From: an uncultured delta proteobacterium
GTDB taxonomy: Bacteria; Desulfobacterota; Binatia; UBA9968
NCBI GenBank assembly: GCA_963847445.1
Contig: CAWJZV010000030.1
Location: forward strand, 32,001-96,000
Reading direction: 5' to 3'
Length of the DNA stretch: 64,000 nt
In this document: positions 1-10,823 of the stretch, piece by piece
Position numbering within the stretch: position 1 is the first letter of the stretch
Layout of the letters: each line of letters starts with the position of its first letter
The notes under the pieces: generated by a model
Seen by the model: the letters and a program-made list of their open reading frames with translations, nothing else
The model's database searches: none
What the model was told of the DNA's origin: nothing
Made by a program: the position numbers and the translations under genes

Positions 1-961
1 TTTGATCGCTGGAATCAGATCCATGATGCGGGGTCGTCACTTCTTCGGTTTGCATGCCCAGTGAGCTCTAACGCCGCCACGGCTTGGTCAAACACTGGCG
101 CTCGACCTCCTTGGCGATGAACGCATCGAAGTAGCCGCGCAGAATGCCGACTTTCATGCCTTTGACCTCCTTGCCGATGGCGAGCGCAAAAGTTCGGCAC
201 CGGCGCATGGGCGCTGAGCGGATCTTTGGGATCGTGGCCGGCGATGGTCTGCAGAACCAGCGCGCAATCTTCCACGGTCCGAGTCAGCAATACCTGTATG
301 ATTCGTCGAATAGGCGCCGGTGCCGGCGACCGTGCCGAACTGACTCACTCGCCCGTAGGTCGGTTTGAGTCCGACGATGCCGCACATGGAAGCGGGGTTG
401 CGCACGGATTGCGCGCTGTCGGTGCCGATGGAAGCGAGGCACAAGTCTGCCGCCACCGCGGCCGCGGAGCCGCCGCTCGAACCCGCCTGCAATGTAGTCG
501 ACGTTCCAGGGATTGTGTGTCGTGCCGTAGAACGGATTGATCGTCGTGCCGCCGAGCGCCCATTCGTGCATGTTGGTTTTGCCGAGCAGGATCGCGCCGG
601 CCGCCTTTCAGCCGCTTTGCACCGCCGTGGCATCGAAGTTCGGGAACCCAATCGGCGAGAATCTTCGATCCCAGCGGTGGTTCTGACTCCCCGCGTCGAT
701 AGATTATCTTTGATCGAAAACGGAATGCCGTGCAGCGGGCCGCGATACGAGACTCCGGTGTATTTCTCGCTGCGCTCGAGCCGCGTCGGCGAGCGCCTGC
801 TCTTCGGTCAGCGGTTAGTGTAGGCATTGAGATGCGGATTGAGCCGCTTGGCACGCGGTCGAGGTAGTAGCCGGGTCAGTTCAACGGAGCGATCGTTCTT
901 TGCGGCGGAGCAGCGGCGCAGCTCGCTGATGAGTCGCGGCGATAGCGTCAGCCACGGCCAT
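1..961 (-). CDS. Amidase-signature family enzyme (5' part; runs off window start; many frameshifts)
   Basis: Fragments in different frames: [12 protein letters not shown]-like, [72 protein letters not shown] at 961 gives an amidase-like N-terminus. Confidence 0.85.
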
Positions 962-1936
962 GGCTAGGACGTTTTGTCGAGCTTTAGCAGCGGCCTTGAG
1001 CTCGCGCTGCACCTGCACCGGACGCAATTCCGGCGGCGTGCGCACGTCGACGTAAATCGAGCAAACGCCGGGATAGTAGTTCGGCCGGAACGGCGCGCCG
1101 CCTTGAATCGAGCCGATGTTGACCTTGGGCACGAGCGGGCCGTGCGGCGACGCATAAACGTGAGCGCGTTCGAACTCCGCGGCCCAGCCATCGATCGCCT
1201 GCAAGACTTTAATCATTTTCAAAATGGCGCTCGAAGCTTCGGGCGGCTTTTCCTCGCGTGTAACACCCCACGCGGCGTGCGGATCGCCGAAGGCGCTGAT
1301 CTTGAATTGCGCCACGCCGTTTTGCGCCCACACGATGGAATGGCCCGACCGGTCCGCCACGATGGCGTAGTCGGACTGAATGCCATGGGTCAACAAGTGA
1401 ATGGTGCCGGTGCCCTCGCCGCGATACGCTTCCGACTGATAGGGACCGATCGGCGTGCGCGAGATTTCGCCGGCCACCGCGGCGAGGATCAGATCGCCTT
1501 TCAGCGCCGCACGGCTTTCGCGGATCGCCTTCCCGGCGATCATAAAGGCGGCGAGTCCGGACTTCATGTTGGATGCGCCGAGGCCGAACACTTTGCCGTC
1601 GCGCACCACGCCTTTGAGATCGTCATCGGGCTCCAGGGTGCGGCAGAACATCGCATCTTCCGCGGTGCCGGTGTAACTCGTGTCCATGTGGCCGTTGATC
1701 ATGAGCGAAACACCGTTGGCGCCGCCTTCGATAATCCCGACGGCATTGAGGCGCTCGGGGCCGATCTCCTGACGCACGGATTTGATGCCGTGGCGGCTTA
1801 ACCAGTTGAGAATAAACTCGCCGAGCGCTTTTTCCGAACCGGTCGGACTTGGAATATCGACGAGCTCCTTAGTGAGCGCGGCCAGCTCATCACGGTCGAT
1901 CCTTTTGATGACTTCCGCTTGTTGCTGCTGACTCAT
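881..1936 (-). CDS. M20 family (ArgE/DapE-like) metallo-hydrolase, C-terminus apparently missing
   Basis: IPSPTGSE, NGHMDT, GLGASNMKSG, AGEISR and a dimerisation domain. The last ~30 aa read into the amidase start. Confidence 0.8.
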   Translation of the reverse strand: MSQQQQAEVIKRIDRDELAALTKELVDIPSPTGSEKALGEFILNWLSRHGIKSVRQEIGPERLNAVGIIEGGANGVSLMINGHMDTSYTGTAEDAMFCRTLEPDDDLKGVVRDGKVFGLGASNMKSGLAAFMIAGKAIRESRAALKGDLILAAVAGEISRTPIGPYQSEAYRGEGTGTIHLLTHGIQSDYAIVADRSGHSIVWAQNGVAQFKISAFGDPHAAWGVTREEKPPEASSAILKMIKVLQAIDGWAAEFERAHVYASPHGPLVPKVNIGSIQGGAPFRPNYYPGVCSIYVDVRTPPELRPVQVQRELKAAAKARQNVLAMAVADAIAATHQRAAPLLRRKERSLR

Positions 1937-2022
1937 TATCGCTCTTTCGCTTTAAGCATTGCGAAGCGTCACCGGCCGCCACTGGTTCTAAACTATTACG
2001 GCTCCCAGCTCGCATTTCGCTG

Positions 2023-3097
2023 TTAGTTTTCCCACAAGGGCTTGACGTTGGCGTCGAGCCACTTGCGCGGGTCTTCGGAATACGCGCTATTGATGAGCGG
2101 GATTGGCTTAACCTTACTGCCCCACGCGCTCTCGACCGACGCTTTGGATTTCATCCCTTTGCGCGACACTTCCCGTCCCACTGCCGCCACCGCCATCTGT
2201 CCCTCCGGCGCGATCATCCACTCGGCGAATAGTTTGGCGCTGTTGATATGCGGCGCTTTGCCGTAGATGCCCAACTGTTGCGCCGAAATAATCGGTGCAG
2301 CGCTTCTCACGTAGTCGACCGGACTGCCCTTTTCTTTCTCTTCGACCACGTCGTGCAGAAGCGAAGGCATAGCGATGGAATATTCGCCGGCAACCAATAG
2401 GCGAAACATCGCGCTGGTGCTTTTGTGCACCGTGACATTGAGCGCTTTGAGGCCGCGAATATATTTGGCCCAGCGCGCGTCGTCTTTCCAGTACTCCTTC
2501 GTTCCCGCGAGCAATCCGCTCAATGGCCCAGCCCGCAATGGATCGTCGAGCGCCACCATCGCTTTATATTTGGGATTGATCACATCCTCCCAGCTTTGCG
2601 GCAGCTCTTCCGGCTTTGAGCTTTTTGGTATTGTAGGAAAGCGCCATGATCTGCAGGCTCACCGTCGGCAGTGTCGGGTCGTGCAACAGCAGCGCGCCAG
2701 CTTGCACGGTGTTATACGGCTCGATCGCCCCCGCGGCGCGCAGCACCACCGGCGCGCCTTCGCTAAGAATCACATCAGTGCTTTTCTGGTCGCCTTGAAA
2801 CTCGGTCAAGGTGCGGGCGATGATCTCGGAGCGCGTGCCCTGCCAATAGCTAGTTTTGATGTCCGGAAATCGTTTATTGTAAGCCGCCAGGATCGAGCGG
2901 ATATGCTCGATATCCCAAATCGTATAGACCACCAACGAACCTTCTTTTTTTGCTTTCGGATATAAATCTTTGGCGAGCTTTTCGAAGCTCGGGTCAGTGG
3001 CGCCGGTGCTTTGCGCGAGCACGCCGGTTGACTCGATATTGAAACTGGCAAGCGCAATCAGCGCCAGGATTAGGAACCGCAGCTTTTTGTTCGTCAT
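2023..3097 (-). CDS. ABC transporter substrate-binding protein (Fe3+/polyamine/thiamine-type), frameshift ~2600
   Basis: Signal peptide, AKKEGSLVVYT, APHINSAKLFAEWMIAPEGQ. Paralogous to the SBPs at 37816-41132. Confidence 0.85.
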
Positions 3098-3273
3098 GTC
3101 GATCTCCTTGTCCGCGCCCGGCACGGTGTTTCAGGAAATTCTTGACGATCAGGATAATGACACGCTAAGCCCGCTCAATTGGCGGCTATATTACATCCGA
3201 ATCGCCAGTCCAGTAAAAAGTTTCAGGAAGCATGGGGAGCAAGCTGCGGGCCAATCTCGTATTTTAACGAACC

Positions 3274-3290
3274 ATCTATTCGGAATAGAT
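3274..3290. promoter_or_regulatory. Perfect palindrome ATCTATTC-G-GAATAGAT in divergent intergenic region (candidate operator)
   Basis: 8-bp perfect inverted repeat between the divergent SBP gene and Mo-hydroxylase operon. Confidence 0.4.
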
Positions 3291-3505
3291 ATACCTGGGA
3301 TAAACGCGAAGATTACGATAGCACTGAAAAAATCTAGCAGTATCGACTGCCGGTTTTGCGAGCAGCTTGCCTAAGCACTAGGCAGTGCACCCATCGAGTA
3401 ATCTAAATTGCTCACGAAACTCCCGATGGCACCGTGGCGCGCCCCCGCCGCTTTTGCATGCCTGCAACATTGAAACCGTCGCCGACTCAGGCTATGTTCG
3501 CCGAC

Positions 3506-4058
3506 ATGAAAAGACAACTCACGCTCACCGTCAACGGCGCAGGACCACGAAGTTGAAGTCGAAGCCAATCGCTTACTGCTGCAAGTGCTGCGCGACACTC
3601 TCGATCTCACCGGCACCAAAGAGGGTTGCAGCATCGGCGTGTGCGGCGCGTGCAGCGTCATCATCGACGGCCGCTTGGTCAGTTCTTGCCTGACCCTCGC
3701 CGCCGGCTGCGTAGGCAAGAAGATCGAAACGATTGAAGGTTTGGCCAAAGACGGCAAGCTCCATCCGCTCCAGCAGGCGTTTATCGAATACGGCGGTTTT
3801 CAGTGCGGTATCTGCACTCCGGGTCAGATCATGGCTGCCAAAGCCTTGCTCGACGAAAACGCCAAACCCAGCGAAGAAGAAGTCAAAGAATGGATGTCGG
3901 GCAACCTGTGCCGCTGCACGGGGTATTATAAAATTCTTGAATCGGTGATGGCGGTGGTGGATGGCAAGACCGATCCCGACTACGCGTTTCGCAAGCGCGA
4001 GACCACCGCGAAGATTCAGAGCTTGGACGTTTATAAACCGGTTGCGAAAACGAGCTGA
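3506..4058 (+). CDS. Mo-hydroxylase small (2x[2Fe-2S]) subunit, CoxS/CutS family, frameshift ~3545
   Basis: GTKEGCSIGVCGACSV, QCGICTPG, GNLCRCTGY. Confidence 0.95.
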
Positions 4059-4079
4059 TATCATCTCGAAGGGATAATG

Positions 4080-4160
4080 TCTCGCGCCAAGGCGCAACGG
4101 ACCCCAAGTTCGGAAAGGCAGCAATCAGTTTTCCTTTGCGCCCTTGCGCCTGCGGAGATA
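4080..4160. repeat. Intergenic palindromic element, CGCCAAG/CGCAAAG...CTTTGCG family
   Basis: Similar arms at 26326-26422, 48231-48346 and 57650-57820. Confidence 0.6.
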
Positions 4161-4189
4161 ATCCGAGAAAACAGCGAGCCGCATCAATC

Positions 4190-6542
4190 ATGTCTAAATC
4201 AGAAAACTTCTCCGTCGTCGGCAAGCGCGTGCAGCGCGTCGAGGGCTTCGACAAAGTCACCGGCGATTCAAAATTCATCGCCGACATTCATTTGCCCGGC
4301 ATGCTGACCGGCAGAATCCTGCGCAGCCCCTACCCCCACGCGCGCATCCGCGCCATCGACACCAGCAAGGCGGAGAAGCTGCGCGGCGTGCGCGCCGTGG
4401 TCACCGCCGAAGACACCCTCAAACGACCCTGGGGCGCGTTCTTCGCCGACCAATACATTCTATCCGTCGGCAAGACCCGCTATGTCGGCGAAGAGGTCGC
4501 GGCGGTGGCGGCCATCGATCCGGATATCGCCGAGGAGGCGCTGGATTTGATCGAGGTGGATTGGGAACCGTTGCCCGGAGTGTTCGACGCCGAGGAAGCG
4601 ATGCACGACGGCGCGCCACTGGTGCACGACGACAAGCCCAACAACATCGCCATGCATCTGGATCTCGAACGCGGCAACATCGCTCAAGCCTTCGCCGACT
4701 CGGACATTATCGTCGAGGACACCTTCACCAGCATGCCGCAGTGGCACTGCTCCATCGAAACCATCGGCAGCGTGGTCGAGTACTCGCCCAACGGCAAATA
4801 CACGATCTACATGAATACTCAGACTCTGTTTAACGCGCGCTATCGCATCGCCACGGCTCTCGGCGTGCCCGAGACCGACGTGCGGATCATTCAGAGCGCC
4901 GTCGGCGGCGGTTTCGGCGGCAAGTCGTGCGACGATAACAATGCGCTGGTCTGTGCCGTGCTCGCGCGCAAGGCCGGCAAACCGGTGCGCGTCATCAATA
5001 CGCGCGAAGAAGAGTTCCTCGCCGGCTGCCGGCCGCGCGTGTTCATGAAGATCAACGTCAAGTTGGGGTTCAAGAAAGACGGCCGCATCCGTGCCAAAGA
5101 ATTAAAAGTCATCGCCGACAACGGCGCCTACTCGGCCAAGGCGCCGGCGATCACCGGCGTCGCGGCGATGCGCCATGACACCTGTTACAAGTACTCCGAC
5201 GTCAAGCTCGAAGCCAAGCTGATCTACACCAACAAGATTCCCACCGGCGCCTTCCGCGGCTTCGGCAATCCGTCGGCGGAATGGGCGGTGGAGCAAGCCA
5301 TCGACTTGGGCGCCCACGCTCTCGGCATCGATCCATTGGAGATAGCCCGGATCAACGCCGCGGAAACCGGCTACGTCTCGCCCCATGGCAATCGCGTCAC
5401 CAGCTGCGAGCTCAAGCAATGTCTCGACATGGCTGAGCAGATGATCGACTGGAAAGCCAAGCGTGCCAACAAAGCGCCGAATACGGGCTTGGGCTTGGCC
5501 TGCACCGTGCACGTCAGCGGCAAGCGCCATTTCGGCGATTACGACGGTAGCTCGGCGACCATCAAGATCAACGAAGATGGCAAGGCGCTGATCCTGAGCG
5601 GCGAAGGCGAATGCGGCCAGGGCGTGCATACGGCGATGTGCCAGATCGCCGCCGAAGAGTTGGGCGTGGCGGTGGAAGACGTGGAAATCTCCCGCGCCGA
5701 CACCGATCTGACGACCTTTTGTCTGGGCGCTTTCGCCAGCCGCTTGACCTACGTCAGCGGCAACGCGGTCAAGAACGCCGCCACCAACGTCAAAGCACAG
5801 CTCTTCGAGCAAGCCGCCGAAATGTTGGAGGCCAACGCTGCCGATTTGATGTCGCGGGACGGCAGGATTTTCGTCAAAGGCGCCGAAGGCAAAGCGGTGA
5901 CCGTCGCCGATGTCGCTCGTGCGCGCTTATTCCGCCACAACGGCGCGCCGATTGTCGGTTCCGGCAGTTTCGACGCCGACTCGGTGTTGCCCAGATAGCA
6001 CGCGCTTCGGTAATGAATCGGGCGCTTACAATTACGGCGTGCAAGCGGCGCAAGTCCATGTCGACCCGCAAACCGGCCAGGTTAAAGTCTTGCAAATGGT
6101 CGTCGCCTCCGACTGCGGCACAGTGATCTATCCCATCGGCGCCGAAGGCCAGGTCGAGGGCGGTTTGGCCCAAGGCATCGGCTACGCCCTCACCGAAGGT
6201 TTGCAGATCGACGAAGGCCGGCCGCTCAATCCCAATTTTTCCGATTACCGCATCCCCTCCATGCGCGACATGCCGCCGTTACAGCATGCCTTCGCCGATT
6301 CCTACGAGCCAACGGGACCGTTCGGCGCCAAAGGACTGGGCGAACTCAACATGGACCCGACAGCCGCGGTTATCAACAACGCCATCTTCGACGCCGTCGG
6401 CGTGCGGGTGAAGACCCTGCCGATCACCCCGGAAAAAATCCTACGTGCGCTAAAGGAAAACAGAGCAACAAGTAAGCAGCACAAGAGCCATGATGAGAAA
6501 GACTTTTCACCACGATCACGAAGCACCATGCTTGAAGAATAA
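4190..6542 (+). CDS. Xanthine dehydrogenase family molybdopterin-binding large subunit, frameshift ~5995
   Basis: LRSPYPHARI, VGGGFGGK, TGAFRGFG, GPFGAKGLGE (catalytic Glu). Confidence 0.95.
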
Positions 6543-6595
6543 TCATCCGACCGTTGTGGTGCATAGCTATTTGCGCTGTCCGCGCGAGAACAAGC

Positions 6596-7456
6596 ATGAT
6601 TAGATTCGACTACCAGGAACCGACGACGCTGAAAAAAGTCTTCGCCTTGATGGAAAAACATGGCGACGATGGCCGCGTCATCGCCGGCGGGACATCGTTG
6701 ATCATCATGATGCGCCAGCGCTTGCTCACCCCCAAAGTGGTCATCAGTTTGGCGCGGCTGTCGAAGTTCGACAAGATCAGCTACGGCGCCAAAGACGGCC
6801 TGCGCATTGGCGCCGGTGCGCGCCATCGCGACATCGAGCTGTCGAAAGCCGTGCAGCAGCATTATCCCCTGCTCCACGAAACCTTTCGTAAAGTCGCCCA
6901 GCCGCGCATTCGCAACATGGGCACCGTCGGCGGCAACCTCGCCGCCGGCGATCCGCTGACCGATCCCGGCGCCAGCCTGATCGCTCTTGATGCCGAAGTG
7001 ACGCTCACCAGTAGTAAGGGCCACAGAACATTGCCGTTGGATGAGTTCTTCATCGACTACTATCAAACAACCATGGAACCCGGCGAATTGCTGACTGAAA
7101 TCCACGTCCCACCGCCGACCCGGCCCGGCTGGTCACATATCAAGTTCACGCCGCGCAGCGTCGAAGATTTCGCCACGGTGGGCGTGGCAATCACTCTGCG
7201 AACCAAGGATGGCATCTGCGAGGATGTGCGGCTCGGCCTCAATTCGGTTTCCTCGACGATAGTTCACGCTAAGAAAGCCGAAGCGATTTTGCGCGGCAAA
7301 GCCATCACGGACGAGCTACTGCGCGAAATGGGCGAAGTCGCCGCCAGCGAATGCGATCCCACCGACGACAACCGCGGCTCTGCCGAATACAAACGCGAGC
7401 TTGTGAAAGTCTTGGTCCCCCGCGCCGCGAACGAAGCAATTGCGCGCGCCGGTTGA
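6596..7456 (+). CDS. Mo-hydroxylase medium FAD-binding subunit (CoxM/CutM family)
   Basis: IAGGTSL, IRNMGTVGGNL, DDNRGSAEYK. Confidence 0.95.
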   Translation: MIRFDYQEPTTLKKVFALMEKHGDDGRVIAGGTSLIIMMRQRLLTPKVVISLARLSKFDKISYGAKDGLRIGAGARHRDIELSKAVQQHYPLLHETFRKVAQPRIRNMGTVGGNLAAGDPLTDPGASLIALDAEVTLTSSKGHRTLPLDEFFIDYYQTTMEPGELLTEIHVPPPTRPGWSHIKFTPRSVEDFATVGVAITLRTKDGICEDVRLGLNSVSSTIVHAKKAEAILRGKAITDELLREMGEVAASECDPTDDNRGSAEYKRELVKVLVPRAANEAIARAG

Positions 7457-7587
7457 ACTTTCTCACCAAATAATTTGCTGACCACCGGGTCTCGGCCTAC
7501 CACGCAGCAAGCTGTGGGGATTCGACCCAGTGAGCATGCTCTGAGCCCGCTGGCCGAGTAGAATTTACAATCTCCGAGAGTCGTTTC

Positions 7588-8817
7588 ATGGCCAGCGACA
7601 CCAAAGGTCTGCAGTTTCTCGTGCGCGCATTAGGTTCGCGCAACTTTCGGCTGTTTTTCTTCGGCCAAGCCGTGTCGTTGATCGGCACCTGGATGCAACT
7701 CATCGCCATGCGCTGGCTGGTCTATCGCTTGACGAAATCCGAGCTGACGTTGGGCATGGTGGGATTTATCAGCGACCTCCCGCTCTTTCTTCTCGTGCCC
7801 TTTGCCGGGGTGTTGGCGGACCGAATCAAGCGTGACCGGATCATGATCGTCACCCAAGCGCTCTCGGCGCTCCAGGCAGCGCTATTGGCGCTGCTCGTCT
7901 TCACCGATCAAGTGGCGGTCTGGCATGTGTTCGTTCTCGGCGGGCTGCTGGGCATCGTCAGCGCCTTCGATATCACTGCGCGCCAAGCCTTTATCGTCGA
8001 CATCATCGAAGAAAGAGCGAACCTGCCCAACGCCATCGCCTTAAACTCTTTCATTTTTAACGGCGCATTACTGGTCGGTCCCGCCGTCGCCGGCATTCTC
8101 ATCGCCTTGGTCGGCGAAGGGCCCTGTTTCGCCCTCAACAGCTTGAGTTATCTGGCGGTCCTAGGCGCGCTCCTCCTGATGAAAATTCCGGAAAAGACTT
8201 TTTCCGGCAGCCCGCTGGATTTCACGGCGGCGATCATGGAAGGCGCCGCGTACACGTTCGCTTCGGTGCCCATGCGATCCATCCTAATGCTGGTTGCGGC
8301 GGTCAGTCTTGTCGCCGCATCGTACACCCTGCTCATGCCGGTATTCGCCGAAGACATTCTGCGCGGCGGCCCGAAGGTCTTCGGCTATCTCATGTCCGCC
8401 ACCGGCGTTGGCGCCCTCGCCGGCGCGATATTTCTCGCCTCGCGCAGGCGCCTCAAAGGGCTGGCCGAGATGATTGTGATCGCCGGCACACTCTACGGCG
8501 TCGGCTTGGTGGCGTTGTCATTCTCAGCTTCACTAGCGATCGCGTTGATCATCGCCCTGGTGCTGGGACTCTCCTTGATGCTGCAAATGGCGATCGAGCA
8601 ACACCATCGTCCAGAGCATTGTCGACGACCAGAAACGCGGCAGGGTAATGAGCCTGTTTGTCATGGCGCGCCGCGGCATCGAATCCTGGGCAGCCTATTG
8701 TTCGGCGTTATCGCCGACTGGGTTGGCACACCCAGGACTTTGATGATCGGTGGCGCGTTCTGCCTGCTTGCGGTGGCTGCTTTAGGGTGCAATTCAACTC
8801 CAAAAACCTGCCGCTAA
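7588..8817 (+). CDS. MFS transporter (MFS_3-like), frameshifts near 8600-8690
   Basis: RNFRLFFFGQAVSLIGTWMQ, AGVLADR, NAIALNS; about 12 hydrophobic segments. Confidence 0.9.
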   Translation: MASDTKGLQFLVRALGSRNFRLFFFGQAVSLIGTWMQLIAMRWLVYRLTKSELTLGMVGFISDLPLFLLVPFAGVLADRIKRDRIMIVTQALSALQAALLALLVFTDQVAVWHVFVLGGLLGIVSAFDITARQAFIVDIIEERANLPNAIALNSFIFNGALLVGPAVAGILIALVGEGPCFALNSLSYLAVLGALLLMKIPEKTFSGSPLDFTAAIMEGAAYTFASVPMRSILMLVAAVSLVAASYTLLMPVFAEDILRGGPKVFGYLMSATGVGALAGAIFLASRRRLKGLAEMIVIAGTLYGVGLVALSFSASLAIALIIALVLGLSLMLQMAIEQHHRPEHCRRPETRQGNEPVCHGAPRHRILGSLLFGVIADWVGTPRTLMIGGAFCLLAVAALGCNSTPKTCR

Positions 8818-8962
8818 ACGCTTCGACCACTCTAATACGGGAAGCAATCATTGGATCGACAACCTGCTACGGTGCGACCCGATGCGTTGCCGCATGGTGC
8901 CTGGATCGGCGCTGAACGGACGCCGGATAAAGTCACTTTGGCCTTTGCGGCAGATGCCGTAT

Positions 8963-9061
8963 TCATGGCAGTCTGCTTTTCTTAAAATGCTCTCGATGAG
9001 ACATCCGAGCCGCTTGGCGCTTGCGCCGTTGCAAGTTCTGACGTTTAGCATTCTGGTTCAT
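8963..9061 (-). CDS. Putative 32-aa basic small protein MNQNAKRQNLQRRKRQAARMSHREHFKKSRLP
   Basis: ATG at 9061 preceded by GGAGG (7-nt spacer); TGA at 8965-8963; below the ORF-track length cut-off. Confidence 0.45.
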   Translation of the reverse strand: MNQNAKRQNLQRRKRQAARMSHREHFKKSRLP

Positions 9062-9520
9062 CGTAGTGCCTCCATGCCATAGGTTACTGAACAGACTCCA
9101 AGCTTCTATCAAATACTCACTATCGAACAACAAAGTTCCATTGTAGGCCGGGTCTTAAACGTTGCCGTGTCAAACGTAAACGAGTCCGGAACCTGTCAAG
9201 TGCGCCAGGAAAATCTAGACGATTCCGAAGGTTTGAACTGGGGACCTTTGCGCTTCTGGCAGGTTTTGGCAGCATACACATCGTAGGACGGTTGAATGTT
9301 GGCGATCCGGTCTATCTGTCGGCTTTTCCTCGCGGCTTTTTAAGTAACGTCCTGAACGGAGCGCAGCGGTTGAACGGCTTGAACGTTTTGATCGGTTTCT
9401 TCCCTGTCCCTTTGCTTGCCATCCCATCCCGTTGACACGAGCTCTGAATCCGCTAGGGTTTTTATATTGGCTCAATGAAGCGAGCGGCAGACTTATTATT
9501 GAAGAAAGCTAGATTACGCA

Positions 9521-9961
9521 ATGACACGAACAAAATATTTTCTCGCCGCGGTGCTCTTTCCCTTGACCCTGATTGCCTGCGCAGCGCAGCGCCCGGTACT
9601 TTATCCAAATCAACACTTGCAACGGGTTGGCAGCAGCGCGGCGGATCGGGACGTCAATGAATGCATGCAACGAGCTGAGGAATATGTTTCCTCGGATGCC
9701 GGCAGAGCAGCGTTGGAGCAGGCAGCGGTGAGTGGCGGTACCAGCGCGGCCGTAGGCGCCGCGGCCGGAGCAGCCGGCGGCGCGGTATGGAGTCGCGCCG
9801 GGACGGGCGCCGCAGCGGGCGCTGCCGGCGGCGCAGCTGCCGGTGTCACGCGCGGCCTAATTCACGGTCTCACGCGTAAGCAAAGCCCGAGTCCGGTTTA
9901 CAAGAGTTTCGTCAATCGCTGTTTACGCGAGAAAAACTACGATCCGATCGGCTGGCAATAG
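9521..9961 (+). CDS. Glycine-zipper lipoprotein
   Basis: Lipobox LIAC, Gly/Ala zipper GAAAGAAGGA, Cys pair (ECMQRA...RCLREKNY). Confidence 0.8.
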   Translation: MTRTKYFLAAVLFPLTLIACAAQRPVLYPNQHLQRVGSSAADRDVNECMQRAEEYVSSDAGRAALEQAAVSGGTSAAVGAAAGAAGGAVWSRAGTGAAAGAAGGAAAGVTRGLIHGLTRKQSPSPVYKSFVNRCLREKNYDPIGWQ

Positions 9962-9994
9962 ACCGCGGCGTCGAACAAGAGCAAGATGAAAGAT

Positions 9995-10200
9995 TGACCT
10001 TCAACAACGAAATGACCGGCGCTTCCAGCATCGACTGAAGCGAGCCGAACTGCTTCAACAACTGCCGCGCCAATTCAACTGCCTTCGTGCTTTTGACGCC
10101 AACCCGAAGCAATATCGTGACAAGCTCCGCATTTTCAGCGCCCGCGCGCCCTTGCACAACCGCCGTTCCCGTGTGCGTTCATCCTGAGATCATTATGCGA
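9995..10200 (-). pseudogene. radC: radC (UPF0758) N-terminal remnant
   Basis: AELVTILLRVGVKSTKAVELARQLLKQFGSL resembles the RadC N-terminus; upstream ERTRERRLCKGA is in another frame; JAB/MPN domain absent. Confidence 0.65.
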
Positions 10201-10346
10201 TACTAATCGTTGTAACTTTCATACGTCGGGGTGATTGATTTGGTTCAAATCGCTCCGCTTCCTTCAAACGCGGCGCATGCGCAACTATCGTGCGCAATTA
10301 TCGGCGAAGCTTGATTCACTGAATCTCTACAGATATTCTCCGCCTT

Positions 10347-10823
10347 ATGAAACAAACGCATCCGTGTCACTATCAATGGCCGGCTCTACGAAGAAGAGGT
10401 CGAGCCGCGCATTTTGCTCGCCCATTTTCTGCGCGAGACCATCGGACTGACCGGCACCCATGTCGGCTGCGTCATCGGCGAATGCGGCGCCTGCTCGGTG
10501 CTGCTCGACGGCAAAGTGGTCAAGTCTTGCCTGCACTTCGCGGTGCAGGCCGACGGGCGGGAGATCACGACCATCGAAGGCTTGGCCAAAGACGGCGAGC
10601 TCAATCCGGTGCAGGAAGCGTTCGTCAAGAATTACGCCTTTCAGTGCGGCTATTGCACGCCGGGCATGGTGATGACCAGCCACGCGCTGCTTGCAGAAAA
10701 ACCCCAATCCATCGGAAGAGGAGATCCGCAAAGCGCTGGCCGGCAATCTGTGCATGTGCACCGGCTATGTGCAGATCGTCGACGCGGTGAAAGACGCGGC
10801 AAAGGGAATGAAAAATGGCTAAG
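10347..10823 (+). CDS. Mo-hydroxylase small [2Fe-2S] subunit, frameshifted
   Basis: [32 protein letters not shown] (alternate frame). Confidence 0.9.

Noticed and set aside
1-961. gatA (Glu-tRNA amidotransferase)
   Set aside because: No gatB/gatC adjacent; HEWALGG differs from GatA DEFAMGS; context is catabolic
5990-6000. In-frame TAG read-through (pyrrolysine) in the Mo-hydroxylase
   Set aside because: Homology continues in a different frame (PDSTRFGNESG), so it is a frameshift and not recoding
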